A stretch of 63,459 nucleotides of DNA, the filler included, from Octopus bimaculoides (Eukaryota), in the NCBI RefSeq assembly GCF_001194135.2. It is 10 parts of 10 records of this genome, joined end to end, with 100 filler letters (N's around TTAATTAATTAA, not from the genome) between each part and the next. Parts side by side here need not be neighbours in the genome. Positions count along the whole stretch, not along the records: positions 48,557 to 51,686 come from NW_026362211.1; positions 51,787 to 54,465 come from NC_068997.1; positions 54,566 to 56,606 come from NW_026341828.1; positions 56,707 to 61,959 come from NC_068982.1; positions 62,060 to 63,459 come from NW_026402537.1; 5 more parts are not named here. The stretch is one strand, 5' to 3'. Under the pieces are notes generated by a model. That model saw only the letters and a program-made list of their open reading frames with translations, was not told the origin of the DNA and ran no database searches. The translations under genes and the position numbers were made by a program. Every line of letters begins with the position of its first letter. Positions within the stretch are counted from its first letter, which is position 1. Positions 51,257 through 63,345 of this stretch are shown here, one piece after another.

Positions 51257-51638
51257 TTTCTTTCCCCCGTTCGTTCTTTCTTTCATATCTTTATTTAACA
51301 CGTTTCAAGAATACAGCGTTCGCATGGTAAAACGCTGCACTGAAGTGTGAATATTTCGATTGAGTCGTTCATTTTATACGCCCTGGGTTATGAAACAAAC
51401 GAATTTCTCCCAACATCCATTCACCCACAGTATTGAGAAACTATTTAGAAAAAGAGAGGAAAATTTGAATTAATCATATACGCACACATACACACACACA
51501 CACTAAAATTAATCACACGTACTTACAAAGAGACAACTAGTACAGACACACACGCCAGAAAATACATACATACAAGACACAGGCAATCATGCATGCATGC
51601 CCGCACGCGCAAATCCACACACACATACACACAATACA

Positions 51639-51686
<48 letters not shown>

Positions 51687-52006
51687 NNNNNNNNNNNNNN
51701 NNNNNNNNNNNNNNNNNNNNNNNNNNNNNNTTAATTAATTAANNNNNNNNNNNNNNNNNNNNNNNNNNNNNNNNNNNNNNNNNNNNTCTCACACAGACAT
51801 ACATCTTTAACACTACAATAAATATATCTGTTATTCATCTAATACGGTTGTGGTCTTTCATTACTGGTCATCTATGTTATCGACGTATAACATATTATAT
51901 ATATCATTCATCGATATATCTTTGTATGTTCGACCGTGTGACACGTTTAAATAAAAGGAGTCCTGTTTTTCCATTCGTCACCATTTCTCCTTTTATGAGT
52001 TCGCAC

Positions 52007-52084
52007 GGTCGTCCCTTACAATTGGTGACCCCGACGTCGGTCGACCCTTACAATTGGTGACCCCGACGTCGGTCGTCCCTTACA
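52007..52084 (+). repeat. Tandem LTR-end + tRNA-Trp PBS units (2.4 x 32 bp)
   Basis: Unit ggtcg(t/a)cccttACA-at-TGGTGACCCCGACGT-c. The PBS is a 15-nt complement of the eukaryotic tRNA-Trp 3' end. AATAAA upstream near 51950. Confidence 0.85.
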
Positions 52085-52094
52085 TATATATATA

Positions 52095-52132
<38 letters not shown>

Positions 52133-53006
52133 TTCGACTCAAAACTGAACCCAAATCTTTCAGCTCACAACTCGACCTCAGAGGAAAATGTTTCCCACGG
52201 TCAAAAGTTTAGTTTCCCAGCAAAAGACCACACATTCAAAACTAAGGAAATTCACCATAAATAACAAATGTCAAGGAAAATGTTTGGCTAAAATTAACGG
52301 CCAAAACACTTGACCTTCGACACCATAAATCAAGGGAACGCTAGCCAGACATAGCTTGACTTGTCAGTGCTGTGACCACATAAATAGAGAGACATTTCGG
52401 CCAAGAATCACAGAGAGTTGTTGGCACGGTCGCATACGCTACGCTACGCAAGAACGATTATCTGTCTAATTAAGACGTCTTTGACTACTACTACTAATCT
52501 AAGAGCACACATCGCTAGAACAACAGGTATACAAGTAAGGTTTTTTTGCACACACGCTTTGTCTTGCTAAACACACGAAAACACATAGATATACAAACAA
52601 CAATTTACACATCACAAATACCACAACTGCATTTGTTTCTTGTAAACATTGTTTTCATTTATTATTGTTTACCTACTGTGATATACCAAATGTTACCATT
52701 TTAATAAATAACTTATAACGCATCCTAAAAGTTTTGTCAACTTAATGTTCTACACCGCATTCAACCAATTCTACACCTGATTGAACATCGGCTTCCTCCG
52801 TGGCTGAATCCAAAAACATTATATTGGTGACCCTGTTAAAAAAAAATGTGTTTGGGTTTTGTGACGGACAGCCCACATCTACCTATAACTTTACAACAAA
52901 CGAAACTTTAATTCTCTTTATAAAAAAATATTTTTAAAAAGCACCTGTTTATACATGCATCAGACCGATCAAGACCCAGCATCATCTTCTAGAGGAACTT
53001 GCAGAA

Positions 53007-53366
53007 ATGGCCGATAGAATCGCTGAGTCGTCAAACCCCTTTGCTACAATTGCACCAGTAGCATCTTCGACCAATCCTTTCACCGACCCTCCGAAATCCT
53101 CTGAGATGTTGGAACTGCGCGCGTTAATAGCGCAACAGTCTGCACAGATCCAGACACTTGCAGCACAGTTGCAGGAGTTAACAGTGCGTGACCGTTCGTC
53201 TCGCGACCACAGTCCATACCGGCTTTTTAATAGACGCCACTCCAGAACCCCTAGCGCCACTCGCCGTTCCGGATTGTGTTTCTACCACGCGAAATTCGGA
53301 AAGGACGCACGTTCATGCAGGCCACCCTGCTCATACAAAATCAACATCCCTCATAATTCGGGAAAC
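53007..53366 (+). pseudogene. gag: Gypsy gag C-terminal portion
   Basis: LAEMADRIAE...GLCFYHAKFGKDARSCRPPCSY..SGN. Only ~170 bp lie between the PBS and this segment, so most of gag is deleted. Confidence 0.85.
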
Positions 53367-54465
53367 AACCAAGCCATGACACAAGGACGACGAACGTCCC
53401 TGGCCAAGCCAACAAAAGTCGTCTGTTGTATATTCACGACCGTACCTCAGGTACCCGTTTTCTCGTGGATACCGGAGCCGAGATTAGCATCATCCCTGTT
53501 TCACTAACCTCAGGCCACAGGAAACAGACGCCAACTTTTCTCCAAGCAGTTAACCAGTCTCCCATTCAGACTTTTGACGAACAGTCCTTGACTCTGAATT
53601 TAGGTCTTCGACGAGTATTTCAGTGGATTTTCGTTGTTGCCAAGTTACCGACACCTATAATAGGAGCCGACTTTCTACACCACTTTGGTCTTTTGGTCGA
53701 TGTTAAATGACGCAGACTCGTAGATAGCACCACTAATCTGACTGTGCGCGGCATTACCGCACGAATACCCACAGTCGGACCAATCCTTGTATCTCCCCAC
53801 ACTGGACGGTACTTGGATATTCTTCGCCAGTTTCCGGATATCACGAGACCGGTATTTAGAAACACTGAGATTAAACATGGCACCACGCATCGTATCGAGA
53901 TCACAGGCCCACCAGTAGCATCGCAACCGAGAAGACTTTCCCCAGACCGCTTGCGCATAGCAAAGCAGGAATTCCAGCACATGCTAGATCTAGGGATAAT
54001 TCAACCGTCGAATAGCAGTTGGTCCAGCCCCCTTCATTTAGTTCCTAAGAAGGAAACAAACGGCTGGCGTCCATACGGAGATTACAGAGCTCTCAACAAA
54101 CCTACGGTGGTTGACACCTATCCCATACCATACTTGCAGGACTTTTCTGCTTCGCTGAACGGAGCACGGATTTTCTCCAAAATAGACTTAATTCGAGCCT
54201 ACAATCAAATACCCGTTGAACCTACCGATGTCCCCAAAACCACAATTGCCACTCCTTTTGGTGCATATCAATTCTTGCGAATGCTGTTTGGATTACGAAA
54301 TGCAGCGCAAACATTTCAGCGTTTCATCGACACTGTCACAAGAGGTTTACCCTTCGTCTACGCATATATCGATGATATGCTAGTAGCGAGCGCCTCTGAG
54401 GCCGAACACGAAGATCACCTCAAACAACTTTTCCAGCGACTGACTGAGTATGGCATAGCCATTAA
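53360..54465 (+). pseudogene. pol: Gypsy pol (protease + RT), one in-frame TGA at 53708-53710
   Basis: ORFs 53426-53710 and 53744- are in the same frame, -1 relative to gag and open from 53360. Confidence 0.92.
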
Positions 54466-56706
54466 NNNNNNNNNNNNNNNNNNNNNNNNNNNNNNNNNNN
54501 NNNNNNNNNTTAATTAATTAANNNNNNNNNNNNNNNNNNNNNNNNNNNNNNNNNNNNNNNNNNNNGTGTTCATTTTTCCTGCATTTTGAATTGTGTCCTT
54601 TTTATATCCCTCAATGGCTTGATAAAATGAAAACAGTAAATTAGAAAACAGACTGGAATGAATACTGGATGGGGGTGGAGAGGGGCGCTGTTGCTATACA
54701 ATAGATTAAAACCCCTCTTGAAGGTGGTGGTCCTCTAAGATAATTACAATCCAATGACCTGAAATCAGTAAAAGATGTAAAATATGAAATATGCTAGCTC
54801 TAACACATCATTACATAAATTCTGATGTAGTAATCGAAATGACAGGCAGACAAACAGACAGACATATGTAGAAGATAGAGACAAAAATAAAAGGGGATCA
54901 GATGTGAGTCCTCCACTTACTTACATGGATCCCTAATGTCTTTGAAAGTGAAATCATGGACACCACAGGCTATGAAAGCCTTCTGTCTGTGGAATAAAAA
55001 TACAAAAGAATTAACTTCCTTCCATCANNNNNNNNNNNNNNNNNNNNNNNNNNNNNNNNNNNNNNNNNNNNNNNNNNNNNNNNNNNNNNNNNNNNNNNNN
55101 NNNNNNNNNNNNNNNNNNNNNNNNNNNNNNNNNNNNNNNNNNNNNNNNNNNNNNNNNNNNNNNNNNNNNNNNNNNNNNNNNNNNNNNNNNNNNNNNNNNN
55201 NNNNNNNNNNNNNNNNNNNNNNNNNNNNNNNNNNNNNNNNNNNNNNNNNNNNNNNNNNNNNNNNNNNNNNNNNNNNNNNNNNNNNNNNNNNNNNNNNNNN
55301 NNNNNNNNNNNNNNNNNNNNNNNNNNNNNNNNNNNNNNNNNNNNNNNNNNNNNNNNNNNNNNNNNNNNNNNNNNNNNNNNNNNNNNNNNNNNNNNNNNNN
55401 NNNNNNNNNNNNNNNNNNNNNNNNNNNNNNNNNNNNNNNNNNNNNNNNNNNNNNNNNNNNNNNNNNNNNNNNNNNNNNNNNNNNNNNNNNNNNNNNNNNN
55501 NNNNNNNNNNNNNNNNNNNNNNNNNNNNNNNNNNNNNNNNNNNNNNNNNNNNNNNNNNNNNNNNNNNNNNNNNNNNNNNNNNNNNNNNNNNNNNNNNNNN
55601 NNNNNNNNNNNNNNNNNNNNNNNNNNNNNNNNNNNNNNNNNNNNNNNNNNNNNNNNNNNNNNNNNNNNNNNNNNNNNNNNNNNNNNNNNNNNNNNNNNNN
55701 NNNNNNNNNNNNNNNNNNNNNNNNNNNNNNNNNNNNNNNNNNNNNNNNNNNNNNNNNNNNNNNNNNNNNNNNNNNNNNNNNNNNNNNNNNNNNNNNNNNN
55801 NNNNNNNNNNNNNNNNNNNNNNNNNNNNNNNNNNNNNNNNNNNNNNNNNNNNNNNNNNNNNNNNNNNNNNNNNNNNNNNNNNNNNNNNNNNNNNNNNNNN
55901 NNNNNNNNNNNNNNNNNNNNNNNNNNNNNNNGGATGCACTTCTTAATGCCAACCACTCCAAGAGTGTAATTGGTGCTTTTATGTGCCACCATCACGGGTG
56001 CCACTTGCATGACACCAGTATCTGCCACAACAATTTCCTTTGGCTTGATGGGTCGTCTACTGAAGCATGGCATATTGCCAAAGGTCTTGGTCATTTGTCA
56101 TTGCCTCCATGCTTGAAAGGTGCTTTTAATTTACCACCGGCATGGGTGCCAGTTATACAATATTAGCTTGTACATTTTACACTTATTTTTTCATGCTAGC
56201 ATGGGTTAGGCAAATACATGTAGGGACCTCACTTGGCTCTGCCTGAGATTTGAAACCAAATCTACCTACTTATTGCTTGTCAAAACAAGTGGGAAATCCT
56301 CTCCACACCAGATGATTGATGGGGAAACACTTGACCCCAANNNNNNNNNNTTGACCCCAAGGACCTGTGGTGGTCAAGGAAAAGTCAGCTCTTTGTTTAG
56401 GGCTTGACCTACATTATTGACCATAGTCTATATAACAGAGAGCATTTCCTATCTCTTGCTGTTCTGTGTCAGCCAAGCCAAGGAGCAACACCATCCTTTG
56501 CCTCAGCCACGACCAAGAGCAGCGCTTCCCCTTCACACTTTGCTCGACATACAAAGAGAAGCTTTCGGCTGCAAGAAATCAATGCCACCTTTCTAGTCAG
56601 CAGTGTNNNNNNNNNNNNNNNNNNNNNNNNNNNNNNNNNNNNNNNNNNNNTTAATTAATTAANNNNNNNNNNNNNNNNNNNNNNNNNNNNNNNNNNNNNN
56701 NNNNNN

Positions 56707-58700
56707 CATCAGGTGACATCTGGATTATGGGGCGTATGATCATTGAGAGTAAGTAGGAAATCCTGTAGTTACTAGCGACATTCGCTCCACAGACTGGTCT
56801 TGTTGGTGGTCCCACCACAGGATTAGTAGTTACTTTGTGGTCCTTACGGAGCCCATACAGCGTCGGGATATCATTGTTCCAGGCTTGGAAGTTGTTGGCT
56901 GTGCGCTTCTGGAGTCCAAGAACAATTGTCCACATCATCATGTGGGCATTGAGGACCTTTTCTCTCTCCTCATGCGCCTGTAAATTTGTTACCTTCATAT
57001 TGGCGATGTTAGGTTGCATTGCCTGGATGTAGCTCGGCAAGCTGTCTACTGACATCCTGCCGGAGTTATCTGTGGGAAGGCATACCACTTCTCCGTTCCT
57101 CGTGCGCTGCATGAGCTTGTGTAGGCCACATGCGGGCATATTCCTAAGTTGTTGGGCCTCTGTCTTATTCTGTCTCTGTCTCTTAGTGTATAATTCTAAA
57201 ATCTGTCTAAGTTTTGTGCTAGCTATAGTGAATTGTGCTTCCATGTGGTCATGAGTATGTTTAGGGATGCAGACTCTTTTGTTAAAGGGTAATGTTGTCG
57301 GGTATATCCGGCTCGTATTATAAATCTTGTCATGTATGTTGACGAATTGAGTGTCAAGGAGGTTGGTATTCATGTTGTTGGCCCCTCTGGGGTTATCTTC
57401 TTCATAACTACTACTACTATTACTGTCGTTACTGCTACCTCCATTCATCCCGCTATTATTACCACTTCTATTGTTACTATTATTACCACCACCACTACCA
57501 TCACTATTATTACCATCACCACCACCACCACTACTATTACTACCACCACCACCACCACCATCGCTATTGTTACCACCACATCTAGTGTTTTCTGTTCTAA
57601 GTCTACTGGCTCCCTGTCCAAGAACTCTGTTGCATTCAACTTTATTCTCCCTCTTAACCCCCATGGTCTTACCTTTATCTGTGTTCTTGTGCCTATGATT
57701 ATCTGTGTCTGTGTGTCCGTTCTCGCTGTTATTGTTGTTGTTGTATTCGATTTTTTTCTCTGTTATTGTTTCTGTATCTATTGCTTGTCCTCATGTGTTC
57801 GTTTTTGTTGTTGTTGCTGTTGGTGTTCGTGGAGTTGCAGTTGTTTTTGTTGCTATGGCTGTTGTTGTTGCTGCAGTCACTATTGCTTTTATTGTTGCTG
57901 CTGCTGTGGTTATTGTTGGTATTGTTGTTGTTGTGGTTGTTTTCATCCATGTTGTTGTTGCTGTGGTTATCGTTGGTATTGTTGTTGCTGTTGTTGTGAT
58001 TGTCGTCATCCATGTTGCTGCTGCGGTTATTGGTGTTGTTGTCATTCGTGTTGTTGTTGTTGTCACTCGTGTTGTTGCTGTTGTTGTACATGTTTAAATG
58101 CCAACGTATTTTTGTGAACGACTTTTCGATTTCGGAGAGGTATTGGATGGTATTAACCTTGTGATATATCGCATATTTCCGTGGTAGTTGAAGTAGCGAT
58201 TTTTCATCTGGGTCTGGTGTTACTCCCCCATAGATGTTGGCCTTGTTGTCTCTGTTGAATTCTGCTGGTAGAGGGACATCTGCCATAACAATTCTGTTTA
58301 TTGTTTCTGGGTATCCCTCTTTCTCTTCTTTAGCGAGTTTGTATTGCTGTTCACGTTTTAACCACGAGATTTTCTTTCTAAAGTGTATATTGCACTGGCG
58401 TATAATATATGTATTCTCTACGTGTATTATATTCATAAGTGTGGTTCTCTCTGTTCGTGTGGTGATGCCTCTAATTTCTTTTAATAAAATGCATCTACGC
58501 TTATTTTGTTGGCTGAGTCCCTTATATATTTTATTCTTAATATTCACCATTAGCGTCCGTTTCAGCCTTTCAGCTTGACCCTTGGTGAGTTCTAATTTTT
58601 CTACGCTGGATGCGACCCTGTTGGTGTATAATTTGGAGGAGACACATAGTTTAACAAAATGAAGCTGTTGAGTCGTCACGGTTTTCCGTAGGCAACTGAA
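56707..58700 (-). pseudogene. Penelope-like element ORF (N-terminus, Asn-rich insert, RT start)
   Basis: QLHFVKLC; DEKSLLQLPRKYA...EIEKSFTKIRW; GL.KL..R...GEVVCLPTDNSG; PTLYGLRKDHK...PPTRPV (PLE P.LYGLPK.HK..P.RP motif). The two ORFs join if one base is removed from the T7 run at 57751-57757. The 5' end is interrupted by (TA)n + SINE A. Confidence 0.85.
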
Positions 58701-59562
58701 TACATATATATATATATATATATGACGGGCTTTCACACATTTTCCGCCAGCCAAATTCACTCAGAAGGTGCGGCACGCTAATACTGAAACTGAAACCGTA
58801 TGTCTGTACAGTAAACCACTTAGCCACAGTCACAGAGTTTGAATATAATATGGATGCTGGAGTGCATCTGGGGATATGTAAGTGTGTATGAACGCGTTTA
58901 TCTGTGTATATATGTGTGTATATGCATATGTCTCGGTTGTAGTTGAGTTAGCTCATGGTTTAAATTCGTTAAAGATAATTTATTTGTTTAAAAATAGTTT
59001 CTTTTAAGGGAAGATTATCTCCTCTAGACATATTTCTATGATTCATAGAATAAACAAGATTATCTGATAAGACGCTAACTGAGATATAGACAGATTTCAA
59101 AAATTATCATATAGATTATATAAAACTTTATCTCTTTTTGTCTTTTTGTTCTGTGAGTTTAATACAATTTGTTTTTCCTTTTTTTTTTTTTTTTTTGCTA
59201 CAGATTTCGGCCATCTGTTCCAGTATTTTCGGAAATAACGTCTTTGACAATGCCAACGATCTTGCTATAGAAAACGGTAAGATAAACTAAAACAATTGCT
59301 AAATCTCCTTGGTATTGATGATATTTATTTATCACTCCTATTTTACAACTACTATTACTTCTACCGCTACTCTTTTCTACGTTGTGCACTCAATCTTTCG
59401 TTTGTTGGCAGCCAATACTGGTTTTTACGCTATTTCTTTTGTGTCGCTCTTGCTGTCAACTTTTGAAAGTCCAGCTGTCTCTCTGATTCTGTGTGTGCGT
59501 CTCTCTCTCTCTCTCCTTCTCTCTTTCTCTCTTTCTCTCTCTCTTTCACTCTTTCTCTCTCA

Positions 59563-59615
<53 letters not shown>

Positions 59616-59724
59616 CAGTTACTTGAAAATGGGTGCGTGGAGTTCAATCATAAAATAATATAAATAAAATATATATACATACATACATGTACATACATAT
59701 ATGTGTGTGTACGCTTAGTTTTAG

Positions 59725-59922
59725 AATGGTGGCAGCTGATGAAGGAAATGTTCTCTATGTGGCCTGTGTGTTTTCTGTGCTCTGTTTATCATTTTGTCCA
59801 CGTCTTTTTTTTTGCAACGTCATGTCGCTAGTTATGCATGTATATATACATGTAGATGTAGGTATGTACATACATGTACGTATATATGCATATTATATAT
59901 GCACATACTCACATATTATTTG

Positions 59923-59930
<8 letters not shown>
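59725..59930. repeat. Older, diverged copy of family X 3' half
   Basis: ggcagctgatgaaggaaatgttctctatgtggc...gtatgtacatacatgtacgtatatatgcata aligns with 1940-2095. Confidence 0.75.
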
Positions 59931-59963
<33 letters not shown>

Positions 59964-60312
59964 TATATGGGTACAGAACGTCACGAAACGTAAACAACCT
60001 GAAACAACGAGAGAAAACAAGACAAGTAACATATACATATACATCAATCATTTTTACTCTCTTTTATTCTTATAGATATTTATCCTCACTGAAACGTAGA
60101 TGTTCTATTAGAACAAACTATACTGCGCTAGTTACCATGAAAGAAACTCTCATGCTGGCTTGTGGATGCAAAATGCACTATTATTTTTTAAGATAGATAT
60201 AATAGGGTAAAAATTTGATATTGATTAATATCAATTTAAAACCAGGAAAGCAGCACATTAAAAGAATCAGAAGGTTCAGAACAAATTTTCTGAGATCCTA
60301 AAAGGATTATAG

Positions 60313-60366
60313 TACTTGTGTGTATAAAACTGTCCACTTTAGTGGCCTCTTTTATATACACAAGTA
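60313..60366 (+). other. 54-nt hairpin (17-bp lower stem, 4x4 internal loop, short upper stem)
   Basis: TACTTGTGTGTATAAAA-ctgt-CCACT-tt-AGTGG-cctc-TTTTATATACACAAGTA. The single mismatch is G:U on the + strand. Confidence 0.7.
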
Positions 60367-60368
60367 TT

Positions 60369-60438
<70 letters not shown>

Positions 60439-60802
60439 TAACTGAAACGGCTATCCTGTATACCATCCCCAGCTGGACCTTTTCGCTCGGATTCACTTTT
60501 TTTGTTTAGTTTCATCGTTCGTCCTCACTTTTCACTCTACACACTATTCCGAACTAATGTGGAAACTCTGCCCGACTTGTCATAATTATAAACCCTTTCC
60601 GGTTCCCTGTTCTTCACATTAATGATTTTGATTGCGCATTTATTGGGTTTGACTTCATCATTACAAATTATATGATTTGATGCAAGCACAAACTAGCATG
60701 TCCTCATTCCAAGGATTTGATGTAGTTTGTTGTATTTAGTTCGATTCGAAAATCCTGGTGTTATGCATAGCTTCTATATATATACATATATATATGTGTG
60801 TG

Positions 60803-60833
<31 letters not shown>

Positions 60834-61899
60834 NNNNNNNNNNNNNNNNNNNNNNNNNNNNNNNNNNNNNNNNNNNNNNNNNNNNNNNNNNNNNNNNNNN
60901 NNNNNNNNNNNNNNNNNNNNNNNNNNNNNNNNNNNNNNNNNNNNNNNNNNNNNNNNNNNNNNNNNNNNNNNNNNNNNNNNNNNNNNNNNNNNNNNNNNNN
61001 NNNNNNNNNNNNNNNNNNNNNNNNNNNNNNNNNNNNNNNNNNNNNNNNNNNNNNNNNNNNNNNNNNNNNNNNNNNNNNNNNNNNNNNNNNNNNNNNNNNN
61101 NNNNNNNNNNNNNNNNNNNNNNNNNNNNNNNNNNNNNNNNNNNNNNNNNNNNNNNNNNNNNNNNNNNNNNNNNNNNNNNNNNNNNNNNNNNNNNNNNNNN
61201 NNNNNNNNNNNNNNNNNNNNNNNNNNNNNNNNNNNNNNNNNNNNNNNNNNNNNNNNNNNNNNNNNNNNNNNNNNNNNNNNNNNNNNNNNNNNNNNNNNNN
61301 NNNNNNNNNNNNNNNNNNNNNNNNNNNNNNNNNNNNNNNNNNNNNNNNNNNNNNNNNNNNNNNNNNNNNNNNNNNNNNNNNNNNNNNNNNNNNNNNNNNN
61401 NNNNNNNNNNNNNNNNNNNNNNNNNNNNNNNNNNNNNNNNNNNNNNNNNNNNNNNNNNNNNNNNNNNNNNNNNNNNNNNNNNNNNNNNNNNNNNNNNNNN
61501 NNNNNNNNNNNNNNNNNNNNNNNNNNNNNNNNNNNNNNNNNNNNNNNNNNNNNNNNNNNNNNNNNNNNNNNNNNNNNNNNNNNNNNNNNNNNNNNNNNNN
61601 NNNNNNNNNNNNNNNNNNNNNNNNNNNNNNNNNNNNNNNNNNNNNNNNNNNNNNNNNNNNNNNNNNNNNGTGTGTTGGGGGATAGGTGTGCTTACATGTG
61701 TGTGTATGGGTGCGTGTATTTTTTGTGTGTGGGTATGTGTGCGTGTAGGAAGGGGTGAGATAAAAAGTGGAGAAATGTAGTGAGTGTAATAACAAGAGAA
61801 TAATGGGTATAATGTAAAGGGGACGAGGGGGGGGGTGTAAAAAAAGAAAAATAAAAAATAAAAAATATAGAATAAAAAATAAAAATACAAAAAGATACC

Positions 61900-61935
<36 letters not shown>

Positions 61936-62059
61936 TGTATAGAGGGAGAGAGAGAGAGANNNNNNNNNNNNNNNNNNNNNNNNNNNNNNNNNNNNNNNNN
62001 NNNTTAATTAATTAANNNNNNNNNNNNNNNNNNNNNNNNNNNNNNNNNNNNNNNNNNNN

Positions 62060-62400
62060 TGTATGCTAAGAAGTTTGCTTTCCAACCAAATTGTTCTTGG
62101 TTCAGTCCCACTGCATGGCACCTTGGGAAGTATCGTACTATAGTCCCAGGTCAACCAAAGCCTTGTGAGTGAATTTGGTTGATGAAAACTAAATGAAACT
62201 TGTGTGTGACTGTATCTGTGTTCCCTACTACTGCTTAATAACTGCCATCGGTTTGTGTCCTTGTTACTGAACAGGTCCGCAAAAGAAACTGATGGAGTCA
62301 GTACCAGACTGATAGAATAAGCCCTGGAATTGATCTGTTTCATGAAATCTTCAGCTGCCCCTGCGTGACCACGATGCAATGACTGAAGCAAGATAAAGAT
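62060..62400 (+). mobile_element. SINE family A, head plus body
   Basis: aagaagtttgctttccaacc...ggttcagtcccactg...caatgactgaagcaagataaag. Confidence 0.85.
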
Positions 62401-62869
62401 TAAAGATATCCAGAAATGTGACACACAGGAAATAAAAAAATGGTGCTTTCTTCTTTTCGATATCAAATATATTTTTCAGTTATTAAAGAATTAGTAAATA
62501 AACTATTACACTTGTGAGACGGGTGTAATAGTTGATTGGTGGACTTTTTTGAAATGGCTTTTGTTACCACATAGAGAAGGAAAAGAGCAAAGAATTGGTT
62601 GATTGTTTCCTTCTGCAAAAATATTAAAATTTTTTACATTTTAGCCCTCCAACTCCTTCAGTAAATAAAACAATGGCTTGATAACATTGTGTAACTCAAT
62701 TTTTGTCCTTGGGTGTTAACTGTCATTTCCAATTTGCCTGTCCCTAGAAAATATGAAAAATCCCTAATATTCCTATCACATTTTGCTTTTTGTTACATTT
62801 ATTCAAAGAGTCCCTCTCAACAAATGGCTATTACCCCCCACCACACACACACACACTTCACCTGCTTAT

Positions 62870-63345
62870 GATCAGAAGTGCACACACTATCAGCCACTAA
62901 GGGACATGCTCGAGTGGTAATGGTCAAACAATGGACAAGCAAATCTGTGGTATTGAGCAGAATATTTGCTATGATAACATTTCTGCTTCAGCAACTCAGT
63001 ACTGAATTTGTCTGAAATGTAATGGAAAACAGGTCAGTTTCAAAACATTGATGTCCAGGTGACAGAGGCAAATAGAAGATAAAAGTGGCTGGTTACACCC
63101 CTGGCATAGGCCATGGGTTATGGTCTCACTTGGCTTGCCAGGTCTTCTCAAGCACAGCATATTTCCAAAGGTCTCGGTCACTTGTCATTGCCTCAGTAAG
63201 GCCTAATGTTCAAAGGTCGTGCTTCACCACCTTATCCCAGGTCTTCCTGGATCTACCTCTTCCACAGGTTCCCTCAACCACTAGGGTGTGGCACTTTTTC
63301 ACACATCTGTCCCCATCCATTCTTGCCACATGACCACACCAGCAC
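62870..63345 (-). mobile_element. RTE LINE C-terminus and 3' UTR
   Basis: WCGHVARMDGDRCVKKCHTLVVEGTCGRGRSRKTWDKVVKHDL*TLGLTEAMTSDRDLWKYAVLEKT. Confidence 0.9.

Larger units (their letters stand above)
52130..54465 (+). mobile_element. Gypsy LTR retrotransposon (CsRN1-like): putative 5' LTR, PBS, deleted gag, protease, RT; 3' part lost in gap
   Basis: AATAAA near 52704; PBS TGGTGACCC at 52825-52833; gag CFYHAKFG..A..C..PC; protease FLVDTGAEIS; RT YGDYRALN, FSKIDL..AYNQI, FGL.NA, YIDD. LTR boundaries are approximate. Confidence 0.93.

Noticed and set aside
53708-53710. In-frame TGA in pol as programmed readthrough or selenocysteine
   Set aside because: Context K*RR is best explained as CGA>TGA CpG decay. 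Other lesions (YGDY, MLFGL, gag deletion) show the copy is decaying.
56331-56360. Direct repeat ttgaccccaa on both sides of a 10-N gap
   Set aside because: Typical contig-overlap artefact.
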